Numbered from the stretch's first letter, positions 11,521 to 23,197 are shown. The stretch: DNA of 31,191 bases from Octopus sinensis (GCF_006345805.1 NW_021832653.1:1-31191); one strand, 5' to 3'. The notes: generated by a model not told the origin, from the sequence alone. A program made the numbers and translations.

Positions 11521-11902
11521 TCTCTCTATATATAAACGGCAGTTTGTCTGTGTACGTTTCTGTGTGTCTGTTAGGTTGTACCCTTACTCTGACCACGGCT
11601 TTCAACCGATTCTGATGGAACTGACACACACATAGCCCAATGTCATAATTCAAAACTAACGCAGCGAAAATTTTGAAAAGTTCCCCCAGTTCTGAAAAAG
11701 ATCGATAAATTCGACATGGGGTCGACAATCAGAAACACAAACCACAGATGGTCTAGGGGACGCAACTCGACCTTTTTAACTCTAAAAAAAATTTACCATA
11801 ATTTTTTTCCCATTTTTTTGCTATTTTTTGGCTATAACTCTCTAAGAATGCTTTATAGTTATTTCCCTTACAAATCCGAGCAACGCCGAGCGATACTGCT
11901 AG
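11521..11902 (+). mobile_element. Non-autonomous Helitron, copy 3 of 3
   Basis: Same TC...CTAG structure; shares the gttaggttgtacccttactctgaccacggctttc variants with copy 2. Confidence 0.8.
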
Positions 11903-12729
11903 TAAGATACATATGCAAGGTCAGCTGAAATTGAAATCAGATCGTGAAGTACCGGAACAATTAACGTAATACATTATATCCGACTCTGCAATAAATTTCT
12001 CTATGATATATAACAATAAAATGTCTGTTAGGTATATTTCAAAGATTTTTTTGGGTAACGATATTGTATCGTGTCACTGAAGTCTATGTTTTATATTAAC
12101 ATGCATTGCATTCTTCTGACAATGATATCTATTAGTTTCCTTCGGGGCGTTTATTTAACTATATTATATTATTTTTCAGATTCTTTGTTACAGAGTTAAG
12201 GAAAACGTTGCAAATAAAATTCTTCAAGCATTTCAAACATCCACAACACGATAGATTATATGATTTATTGAACAAGAATCCATCGATGTTATATTCCGTA
12301 ATCCATGCATTAATTTAATTTCACAGAATCCGAAATTTACTTATATTTTATAAATATATTTATGAAGTTCAATGGAAAAGCGATTTTTTTATTTCTCATT
12401 CTGATTTCTGTTTTGTCTCTCCTTCAACATTTATTATCATGATGTTTCTTAAATTTGCCAGGTAACAAAGAAATCTATCCTTATTCTACTCAACAAGGAT
12501 TAGTTTATTTGCTGTGTTTAGATTTCAAATTCTTTATTTTCCTTATTTTCATAGAAGAATAAAAATGTTGTTGAGAGAAGAGATGTTTTAACAGAAACTT
12601 GCTATTGTTGAGTTGTATAAACACGTTTTCAGCCAATGTTTATTTATCAACTAAACATATTTGAACTGATAACTAAACAGTTATTTCACATACGAGTCGT
12701 TCTTGTGTGGAAGCTTTTTGTTGATAATG

Positions 12730-12760
<31 letters not shown>

Positions 12761-12877
12761 ACACACATACATATATACATATGCATATGTGTCTGTGAAT
12801 ATGTGACTGTGTGTAGGCGTGTCTGCATCTGAATATATTTCTATGTATTAATGTGTATGCTATATGTATATGTTTAT

Positions 12878-12917
<40 letters not shown>

Positions 12918-13309
12918 GAAAAACTCTACCTATCAATATGTATATCTATATATCTATATATGTGTCTGAATGTGCGTGTGTGGGCATGCGCGTATGTGAG
13001 TATCTCAATAGGCAAGCGGATATATGTATCTATATGCACACAGGTACATGTGTGCGCTTGACTGCGTGCGAGCACACGCATAGGTGATTGTATGCCCATC
13101 TGCCAATGCTTCTTCCTAGATTCAGTTTCCGTCCAACATATGAATGTTTTGCATCTACTTGAATTTTCATGTCTCTTGATATCATGATGCATGCTAAAGA
13201 GAACGAAGAAGGAAAGAGTAGAAACGGATGTTCATCCACATAATATTGCGCGTCCTGCGTGGACAAAAGACGCCGTAATTTGGTGGGGTTACATTACTAT
13301 GTAAATGCA

Positions 13310-13930
13310 TAGTGCTCAGATGAAATGTGTGTTTGCAGAAAAAGGAAATAAAAACACAATATCACGTTCAAAGATGAATTTTTTTTGAAAAGCCAAAATC
13401 ACCAAATAGATTATGGTTGGGAGATAACAATTTACATAACGAGCCTGCCCTGAATTTTTACCACGGTTTATGCATTCCTAAGTGTGTCTGTGGGAGGATC
13501 TTCGAAAATCCTGTAGTTCTTGGCCACGATTTGGCGTTGATGTTACAGGCAGAGCAGATGTTGACTTTCTCAAATGCACTCCAAACACAGTAAGCCAAGG
13601 CATTACAATGAGGGGAGTTAAGAGGTCCAAAATTTTCACCGTTGAAGTCGCAAAAAAATCTTCGACAAGCGCTTCTGTATTGTTTTCATGGTATGGCAGG
13701 GAGAAAAACCTTCACTGTCTCACATTTATTTTTCCAGTATCAACCTCCTCGAGACTGGGTTTGAGGAAATCCTCCACCAGTTTCACATGGCCGTCTGAAC
13801 TGAGTCTAGGGTCATTCTCAATGATGTGGGGATGGTCCTCGCTTTGTGGAGGTAGTAAGATTATCTATTGCATTCCCTCATGCTGGCCATAACTTCGTAG
13901 TATCCGTTGCAGCTTTCCATATGACATCTA
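13310..13930 (-). mobile_element. Decayed Tc1/mariner-superfamily transposase (C-terminal DDD domain, maT/DD37D-like) with frameshifts and stops
   Basis: Minus-strand pieces in shifting frames: QSEDHPHIIENDPRLSSDGHVKLVEDFLKPSLEEVDTGKINVRQ / SPCHTMKTIQKRLSKIF / GPLNSPHCNALAYCVWSAFEK / IVAKNYRIFEDPPTDTLRNA. These parallel the family motifs QQDSAPCHT and WPPNSPDxNPxDYxVW. Element ends are approximate. Confidence 0.8.
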
Positions 13931-14018
13931 AGAGACTTTACGGTGTTCAAAGTACTACCTATAACATCATGATACGGGTAAATCAATATATCATACATTT
14001 TCATGTATCAATATATTA

Positions 14019-14340
14019 ATGGCTCAGTGGTTAGAGCGTCGAGCTTACGATCGTGAGATTGTGAGCTCGAATCCCGGTCCGGGCTGCGTGTTGTGTTCTT
14101 GAGCAAGGCACTTTATTTCACGTTGCTCCAGTTCACTCAGCTGTAGAAATGAGTTGCGACGTCACTGGTGCAAGCTGTATCGGCCTTTGTCTTTCCCTTG
14201 GATAACACTGGTGGCGTGGAGAGGGAGGCTGGTATGCAGGGCGACTGCTGGTCTTCATAACAACCTGCCCGACTTGTGTCTAGGAGGGTACTTTCTAGGT
14301 GCAATCCCATGGTCATTCATGACCGAAGGGGGTCTTCTTC
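14019..14340 (+). mobile_element. CORE-like SINE family C, second copy
   Basis: atggctcagtggttagagcgtcgagcttacgatcgtgagattgtgagctcgaatcccgg... is near-identical to 2003-2346. Confidence 0.85.
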
Positions 14341-14681
14341 TTATATATACTTACAAACACAAATTTATAACTATATATGTTTTCCAATATTCAGATAGTT
14401 TTCATTCTTCCATATCAGCTAAATTTCGTCTTCATGTTCTCCAACGCCAGCCCGATTCTCCCGTATAATAGTCGTCTTCTTAGTGACAACGGAGATGGTC
14501 ATCTCAAATGACTCTGATGTAGTGGATGAGTATCATAAAATATCGTTAAGTGTTTCTGATATTTCTTGCACTCCGAGCCTCAATATATTATTTGTTATAA
14601 TCGACTGGTATAGTTATGAAGTGAGTTAAGCTGGTATGCTGGCACAGTCTTCAGCGCCTATGGTGAAATATTCAGCAGCAT

Positions 14682-14760
14682 TACGTTCTGAGTTCAAATT
14701 ACATCGTGTCGACTTCGCCTTTCTTTCTTCCTGATACGAAAAATTAACTATCAGTTGAGC
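14682..14760 (+). mobile_element. SINE family B fragment
   Basis: ttacgttctgagttcaaattacatcgtgtcgacttcgcctttc matches the family B B-box region. Confidence 0.5.
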
Positions 14761-15404
14761 ACATCTAGCCTTGTGCTAAACTCTGGACCCATTTCTGTTA
14801 GATGTATTATTGATCCACGTAATAAAACAATTGGAAAATGAAAATAAGTGGCCTGTTCTCTTTTACAACGTTTAAAACTGGTGTGACGGAGGGAAGTATT
14901 CAGAGATTTCTCTCAACATACATTACCTTTAGTCTTAATGCCTCAAATATACACGCTCAGGCTAGAAATGCCTATACTAAACTGTGTACCGGGAGAAATA
15001 GAACACAGGAGTAAAAAGAAGTTTCTTAATATAACAGAGTACAGAGAACTCGATGATAAATGTGTAGTAGAAATGCAGCGATAAACTTACAAGGGATGAT
15101 GCTATTTATATCTAAATATAATTAAGTCTGTACATAAGGATGAATGCGAGGAGTAAAGCGTTAATTATATGACGGAACCCAACGTGCGTTAGGGGAAAAA
15201 GATGAGTGGTTATAGGACATCATGATGATAAATAGGGAAGCATAAATCCCCGGATGAATCTATCATTCCTAAAGTTTTGGCAAAACAGCATTATCTATAC
15301 TTCATGAATTTCTTCGAATTTAAGTCCATCTGATGTTTGCTTTAAGCAAGCTGTTTTCTATTCATATAAAGTATAAAGCATACACTCGTGGATAACTCTA
15401 CATA

Positions 15405-15552
15405 ATACATAATAAATAATAATAATAACAACAATAATGATGATGATAATGTTGATGATAATGCTGATGGTAATAATAATAATAAAGACGATGATGCTAG
15501 TGATAATGGCGATAATTATAATGATAATCATGGTGATGCAAATGATAATAAC

Positions 15553-15606
<54 letters not shown>

Positions 15607-15610
15607 AATG
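15405..15610. repeat. (AAT)n/(ATG)n trinucleotide microsatellite
   Basis: Direct reading; source of the poly-Ile/Met ORF 15437-15679. Confidence 0.95.
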
Positions 15611-16138
15611 TGGCTCTCATGGCTTCTGATCTTAACTGATTGGAAGTGTTATCATGTACATTGTTTTGTCTTGGTATAAAAGATGGGCTACAGCAAATAT
15701 TCTGCTCAATACCAAATATTTGCTTGTCAGTTGTTTGACCTTAACCAGTTGAGCATGTCCCTTAGTGGCTGACGATATGTGCATCTCTGATCATGAGCAG
15801 AAATAGTGGGGGAGCATCATAGCCATGTGTTGAAAGGGATTCTATGGAGTTTCAATAATTCACCTCTGGAAACATAGGTGTTTCGTTCAACATCATTAAA
15901 CAACCCTTATTCAAGGACCTTTTGAGCGGGATGGGTTACTCGACCAGAAGAAAATTCTAACTGGGCTCCACCTGCAAGGTCATGTGCTGTTTATCTTCAT
16001 ATGAGATCACCATGTCGCGCACATATGGTTGTGATGCATGTGCCTGGTGTACCATTATCAGACGGGTAGTCATGATGGTTATACTGGGCTTCGTATATTT
16101 TACCCCAATGTCACTTGATGCATGAGCTTCTCCCTCAG
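15611..16138. mobile_element. ~530-bp unclassified interspersed element embedded in (AAT)n
   Basis: A sharp GC-richer block bounded on both sides by (AAT)n arrays, with no ORF or Pol III boxes recognised. Its repeat nature is inferred. Confidence 0.5.
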
Positions 16139-16186
16139 TAATAATAATAATAATAAATAATAATAATAATAATAATTTAATAATAA

Positions 16187-16246
<60 letters not shown>

Positions 16247-16265
16247 TAATAATAATAATAATAAT
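16139..16265. repeat. (AAT)n microsatellite
   Basis: Direct reading. Confidence 0.95.
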
Positions 16266-16436
16266 ATACACTGCACTCTTTACACCTGTATTAACTGCAT
16301 TGCTTTCATTTAGACACCACTCACAATTTCCCAAATACACACAAAAACACACTCACTAAAACACACGCGTATGTACAAAGCAGATATCATATGTATTCAT
16401 GTATCAAAAATTAATATGCATAAATAATATGTTATA

Positions 16437-16468
<32 letters not shown>

Positions 16469-16472
16469 TATA

Positions 16473-16509
<37 letters not shown>

Positions 16510-16545
16510 TATAATATATATAACATACATACATACATATATATA

Positions 16546-16586
<41 letters not shown>

Positions 16587-16602
16587 GATATAAATATATA
16601 TT

Positions 16603-16633
<31 letters not shown>

Positions 16634-16849
16634 TATATAATATAAACTTAGAAATGAATATACTTGTATGTGTGAGTGTGTCTGTGTGTGTATGTATGTG
16701 TCCTTACATACTTGCATATATATATGCGTTTGTGATGGTTTCAGGTTTTGAGGAGGTGAATTACCTTTATTATATGTATTGACGCGCTCATGTTTTTGTG
16801 TGTATGTTTATCTAAATCTCTACATTATTTGCTAAATAGCATACAGAAT

Positions 16850-17505
16850 CCCCGAGGCAAATATTTATAGATAAGAACGAATATGCACAGTACAACACCT
16901 TTCACACATCTAGACTTATTCTAAAGGCAACAGAATTAAGAAAGAGAAATCGAAATGACACCCTCAAAAGGCATTAACCAAAATGCCAATACCAAAACCA
17001 ATAGACAATAGGTTTATATTCCTGTGACAGCTTGGCACCAAGCCATTTTATTATTGCATTAAGATTTATCCAATGAATAATGTCAGAAAAATCCCACGTC
17101 TTCAAACCAAGCCGCTACGCAAGCTATTGTACGGTGAAAAGCATTGAGAAGCAAAAATTGCATCACACTTGAATACAGGATGCTTGGAAACGGCAATTGG
17201 TTGCTGTGTGTTCTTCGAATCGGTTTTTACCGATTCCAAAAGCTGAAGCACACAACTCATTTTAATGTGCTTCTAAATATAATTTGGTTTGAAGGTCTGA
17301 CAGTAAGGCAATCAGAAAATCAGTTATTACTTATGTGCTTCTTTAATGCCGGATTAATAGAGTCCTATAACCATGAATTATATACATGTTCTGCACTAAC
17401 TTTACTGACCGCTTGTTTATCAACTGCTTTTATTTTCTATGTCAAAAGTGTCCACTGTTCAAGCCTTCGAATCGCACCGGGTAATTTCGTTGACTTCGAA
17501 GGCAT
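16850..17505 (-). pseudogene. Possible decayed coding sequence of unknown product
   Basis: The minus frame from ATG 17505 reads MPSKSTKLPGAIRRLEQWTLLT*KIKAVDKQAVSKVSAEHVYNSWL*DSINPALKKHISNN*, with further protein-like pieces in shifted frames and a 121-codon open antisense frame. No homology recognised. Confidence 0.25.
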
Positions 17506-17539
17506 ATAGAGAAATATATATATATATATATATATATAT

Positions 17540-17685
17540 AGTTGGAATTTACAAAAAAACAACAAAAAAACATCATAAGACGAAGACGGGTGTGTAAACA
17601 ACAAGCAGAGATATTAGTTTACCGCTCGGAAAGTGAGAAAGTCTTTTACCTTTCGAGCCTATGCTCTTCAACAGAAATAAACACA
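17540..17685. repeat. Unclassified interspersed repeat, same family as 1041-1125
   Basis: Similarity within the window (see 1041-1125). Confidence 0.5.
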
Positions 17686-17743
17686 CAAATAAGCAGATAG
17701 AGAAAATAAAAAAAAGGTTTAGTGGCGAACGATCAATCATTAT

Positions 17744-17782
<39 letters not shown>

Positions 17783-17794
17783 TATATATACATA

Positions 17795-17930
17795 CTTTAT
17801 TTAAAGCAGCAGAAAATTCAAACAAAATCTGTTACTCTGAGTTTCTCGTTGCCGTTCATCAGTCTGATGAACGGCAACGGGAAATTCAGAGTAACAGATT
17901 TTGTTGAATTTTCTGCTGCTTTAAATAAAG
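17795..17930. repeat. Near-perfect 136-bp palindrome (67-68-bp arms, 1-nt centre), Penelope-like inverted terminus
   Basis: ctttatttaaagcagcagaaaattca...gccgttcatcag-t-ctgatgaacggc...tgaattttctgctgctttaaataaag has one indel and two G.U-compatible differences. Confidence 0.9.
17860..17897 (+). ncRNA. Degenerate minimal hammerhead motif in the palindrome arm
   Basis: CTGATGA(17864-70) a-cg-gcaa-cg-g GAAA(17881-84) ttc-a-gag TA(17892-93) acag. Helix I is reduced to ~2 bp because the centre is collapsed; the mirror motif lies on the minus strand. Confidence 0.4.
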
Positions 17931-18142
17931 CATATTACTCTACCACTGGTATTTGAGTACTCTTTATTTCCACCTTGTTTCACATTTATGTGTTTTACTC
18001 CGGTATTATATATTATATATATATATATATTATATATATATATATATACGCATACATACATACAATCACACAAATACACACAAGTGCATACGTGCACACA
18101 TATATACATATATATGTGTTATATATATAATATATATATATC

Positions 18143-18201
<59 letters not shown>

Positions 18202-18252
18202 AGTATATGTTTATATACATATGTATATTAATATATGTGCCTACGTATGTCA

Positions 18253-18505
18253 AGGCGGTGAGCTGGTGAACTGACAGAAACATTATATGCTGGGCAAAAT
18301 TCTTAGTACCATATCGTCCGTCCTCATTTTCTAGGTTCAAATTCCGCCGAGGTCGACTTTGCATTCCATCTCTCTTCGTGGTCGATAATTTAAGGATTAA
18401 TTGAAAACTTTGTTCAACGGAGTCGATTAATTGAAAAATGTGTCAAAGGAATCGATTTGCTCCCTCCTGCAAAAATTGGCCTCGTACCAAAATTTGAAAC
18501 AAACT
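18253..18505 (+). mobile_element. SINE family B, diverged full-length copy
   Basis: aggcggtgagctggtgaactg...ggttcaaattccgccgaggtcgactttgcattccatc...gtcgataatttaag. Confidence 0.75.
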
Positions 18506-18805
18506 ACATGTCTCTTATTTTACATTTGTTTTTCTGTCCTCGCTATCAGAACACATATTGGTGAGGTTACTTGTAATAGAATTACGTCGTCCCCCACTAA
18601 CAACACTGATATCTTCTAAAATCGACCGTACAACGATGACAAGTATAACAGACAAAGCGACATTAGAACTCAGAATGTAGTGCGATGTAATTTGACACCG
18701 CTGAGCATTTTATCCGCCACCTTCCTCATTAGGTAATTCCATCTTACACACCTAACATTAATAGTGTCTCCCAAGAAAGCAATACAGAAAAAAGACGATA
18801 TCTAC

Positions 18806-19240
18806 TCAGAGGAAATGTATATACACTGACATAAGCCATACACAAAAGGAAGTTTCTATAGTCGAAATCTCACTAGCAACATATAGTAGACTGGCAGAAA
18901 CCATTATACCAAATAAAGTGATAGAATAAAAGAACATTTTATTGCGATATGGTTGCATATTTGCTATGGCTTCCATTATTGAAGAATAAATATCGCAGCC
19001 ACTCTTAAATTTCGTTTCATGATGTCGCACACAAGCATCTATTGTTTCAAATAATTTTAAATAAGTTTTAGTAAACCTTTCGCTGCTTTCTCGTTATCTA
19101 TACGAATATATTTCAGTTTCTATTCCATTTAATCCAAGGCGTAATCTCAAATATTCATCTAACTATAAACGTTGCTGCTACATCTGATATAATCTTAACG
19201 TGACATTTGTTTGGAAGTCTTCGTCATGTCTAGTTGTCAA
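18806..19240 (-). pseudogene. Exon-like 145-codon frame with three in-frame stops, ending in a hydrophobic C-terminal segment
   Basis: The acceptor-like ttgttttcag precedes 19240. Translation: LTTRHDEDFQTNVTLRLYQM*QQRL*LDEYLRLRLGLNGIETEIYSYR*RESSERFTKTYLKLFETIDACVRHHETKFKSGCDIYSSIMEAIANMQPYRNKMFFYSITLFGIMVSASLLYVASEISTIETSFCVWLMSVYIHFL*. Family not identified. Confidence 0.35.
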
Positions 19241-20527
19241 CTGAAAACAATGCTGCTCTGATTTAAATAGTGGATATCAGATAATATATTCACAATGTGA
19301 ATGTCTTTTAAAAACACGATTGACTAGACAGCTAGATTAAGGAGTGCGTAGTTCGTACCATGTAAGCAGCACTGATTCGTGCCAAAGTTTCTAACACGTT
19401 TGTCGTAAAATCCACTCTGTATGTAAATCGTTCTGCTTTTACATAACACTTTTGACACAATAGTCAGTGGCAGCGCTATTTTATTTTCTGAGACAGATTG
19501 TATCCAGAATCTGTCTTTTATAGAATTTCAAAATTCTGTTAGTACTTACACTACGTCTTCCAGAACCTTTATTGAATAAGTTCAATTTAAGAAGAGGCTA
19601 CAAATGTGGCTAGCGTTATAGTTGTTCAGCCATATTTCAGTCCCCATTTTCTAGATATATTATCAAAGACTATATAGTCACGGCTTTTAACCGTTCCATC
19701 TAATTAATTTGTTTTACGCATCTAGAATATTATTCTATGTGACCTTCATTTGTTTAAACTCATGATTCAAAGTGAACTTGCACCAAGCAGAAAACGGAAG
19801 GTCACAGAGTCTCCCCTCCACACATAGTTTGTAACATAGCCTTGCTGAGTTCAAACTTAATTTCTTCGAGTACATTGTATCTGATATGTGGCCACTCAAA
19901 TATACATGCCCTTTTTTCATCGGGCCCTGAAACTTATTTTACCGAAAAACTCTTTGGTAATCATTGTACTCTCTGTTTTCGTTTAAGTCAGTATCCGAGT
20001 ATCTCAACAATTTACCTTAAGACTTACCGGAGAAGTTGTTCCATCCACGACCTTGCAGCCATTCTTTCAAAACTTTTCGCTTAAATATATTTATCACTCT
20101 GGTAAATGTCTTCACTACAATGATTGCTGTTTTTGAGCAGCAAAATTTCAATATTTTTCAGCAGATCTTCTGGTATTTGTTCAGAGAAGACACAATATAT
20201 CTTCTGATTTTGAAACCTCTATGGTGAAGATCCACTTAGTGGAAATTGCAACAAAATTTCTCTCGCAAAGAATTAAGGTAACCCTTCTTTCTTATGAAAA
20301 TATACGTTGAATATTCTTCAAATTATATAAATAAACACATGCATAGTTGGATAATCATATTCTCGAATCAAAATATTTCAAAACCGCTGACATATAAGGA
20401 ATCAACCTCTGAAATTATTTTCCGTGAGATGGGAGAAAAAGCCAAGTCGTGGGGTTAACTTTCATCTTGAAACTATCATTAGACAAACTCTAGATAGACG
20501 AAGAAGGCGAGTTAACAAAACCGTTAT

Positions 20528-20660
20528 CATGCCGGGCAAAGTGCTAGACAGTTTTTCGTACATTGCTATGTTCTCGGTTCAAATTCCGACAATGTCCACT
20601 TTGACTCTTATTCTTTCGGGGTTGATAAAATATGTACCACTCAGCTAACACCCTGTCCCA
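20528..20660 (+). mobile_element. Old SINE family B fragment
   Basis: ccgggcaaagtgctagac...ggttcaaattccgacaatgtccactttgactcttattctttcggggttgataaaatatgtacca. Confidence 0.6.
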
Positions 20661-21894
20661 AAGCTGCTGGATTCCTGCGAAAATATGATACCAGTACTTA
20701 CATAGAAAACAGAGCCTCATATCATATATATATAAATCAATCTAGTTAGATATAGTCTAATTAATTGATTCGATCGTTCGATATCTATATTTATTCTCCT
20801 ATAAACATACCTGCTCATATACATATTTAAGCTACATGGCTTAAAAATAAGACCCACGATTGATTAGATGAAGGTGCGTCACGAACTCATTGATGTTTAT
20901 TTGACAAGCAATGAAGATACACTAGTGTTACTATAACTTATGAATCCATACGTGTTACTATTACTTGTTAATAGGAAAAACTACTTCCTGACTAACGGAA
21001 AATTTTTGATATGATTAGATATTAATGCTCAGAGTAAACCTAGCATCAAATTTTTATCAGAAAGCGCATACATTTATTTAAACAGGACTCAGATACAATA
21101 GTGTCATAATCCAAGAATAGGCCATGATGCGTAGATGTTTACATATCAGCCGAATGTTACTATTTACCCATCCCTCTATCTCTCTCTCTACAAATATATA
21201 TTTATATATGAATATATTTCATAGACATATCACTCTTTCTGTCTCTATCATTCTGCCTCTCTTTATTTATAATGCGTGTGAATGTGTGTCTTTGTCTATT
21301 TGTGTGTGTGTGTGTGTGTGTGTGTGCTCTATATGTATGATTGTGTAGATAATGACAGAAAGACAGCGATATGTAGAGAGACAGATTAATTTAATAATAC
21401 GATGATGAGAAGGAGGAGGCTGAGAGGAATGTGTTTTTCGATGAGTGACTGTATGTGTAAATGTGTAATTGCACACACATGCCTGAATGCAATTATGCGT
21501 GTGTATGCTTGAGATTATTGTACATACCTATATATAAATATGTGCGCATAGGCAATGCAATAATAAATACTGGGTTTATAATTAACATTAAAACGGCTGC
21601 AGTATATAAATACCGATATTGCTATATACTATAATGCTGACATCTTTATGTTAGGTCTCACAATAACAGTTGAGATTTATGTCCTACCTGCCTCTCTCTA
21701 AACGGTTTTATTTCTAGTTACCTCCACTTTAACAATAAAATAGTGACGTCCTTCAGAAGAAAAAAAAAAGACGCAGAAACAATTCCTTCTGAACGGTAAA
21801 GAAATAATGTAAGACAACAAAAAATATTCCAAGGAAAGGAGTACTCATAAAACGTATTTGTTAATCATGCTATTGATAAAGTGCTTTGTAAAAT

Positions 21895-22465
<571 letters not shown>

Positions 22466-22786
22466 CAAAAAAGCACATACTGGTACTAGTGCGTACATAC
22501 GTGAGTAGAATGAAAATGAGAGCTTAAATAAGAACGCATTTAAGCTATTTTTAATTTAATGAAATCTTTAGTGCAATTTAATGCGGAAAGAAACTATTTA
22601 AGAACAGAAAAACTTAATAAAAAGAGAAAACAATGTTTCCACAATTATTGTAGATTAGAGCAATGGAGTTTATGAGCTAGCACTGTAAGTATGACTGGGA
22701 AGCTGGACTGTGGAGCGTGTAAAGCTAAATGAAATAAAGATGCGAGTCGAAATTCAATATATTAGCGTGTGATTGCTACACATATA

Positions 22787-23197
22787 TACTCTTTTACTCT
22801 TTTACTTGTTTCAGTCATTTGACTGCGGCCATGCTGGAGCACCGCCCTTAGTCGAGCATATCGACCCCGGGACTTATTCTTTTTTGTAAGCCCAGTACTT
22901 ATTCGATCGGTCTCTTTTGCCGAACCGCTAAGTGACGGGGACGTAAACACACCAGCATCGGTTGTCAAGCAATGCTAGGGGGACAAACACAGACACACAA
23001 ACACACACGCATACATATATATATACATATATAAGACAGGCTTCTTTCAGTATCTGTCTACCAAATACAGTCACAAGGCTTTGGTTGGCTCGGGGCTATA
23101 GCAGAAGACACTTGCCCAAGATGCCACGCAGTGGGACTGAACCCGGAACCATGTGGTTGGTTAGCAAGCTACGTACCACACAGCCACTCCTGCGCCT
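22787..23197 (-). mobile_element. Full-length SINE family A
   Basis: Collinear and highly similar to 5047-5472, with the same head and (AAAAGAGT)n tail. Confidence 0.9.

Larger units (their letters stand above)
10542..12008 (+). repeat. Tandem array, 3 x ~490 bp (Helitron + ~106-bp downstream flank)
   Basis: Unit starts at 10542, 11030 and 11521. Each Helitron is followed by taagatacatatgcaaggtcagctgaaattg...aaatttctctatgata. Confidence 0.9.

Noticed and set aside
10542-12008. Regularly spaced repeats as a CRISPR-like array or coding repeat (ORFs 11073-11354, 11716-11928)
   Set aside because: Units are ~490 bp with identical 'spacers', have Helitron termini and sit in a eukaryotic context; the ORFs are not conserved between copies.
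13482-13892. 136-aa plus-strand ORF
   Set aside because: It is the antisense shadow of the decayed mariner transposase.
15437-16352. Poly-Ile/Met ORFs at 15437-15679 and 15957-16352
   Set aside because: They arise from (AAT)n/(ATG)n trinucleotide repeats.
17625-17680. Minus-strand ctgttgaagagc-atag-gctcgaaag as a hammerhead
   Set aside because: The core is non-canonical and no helix I pairing was found.
18806-19240. A ciliate-type code (TAA/TAG = Gln) or contaminant origin for the stop-interrupted frames
   Set aside because: Neighbouring frames also contain in-frame TGA stops and frameshifts, and the block is embedded among host SINEs; ordinary decay explains it.
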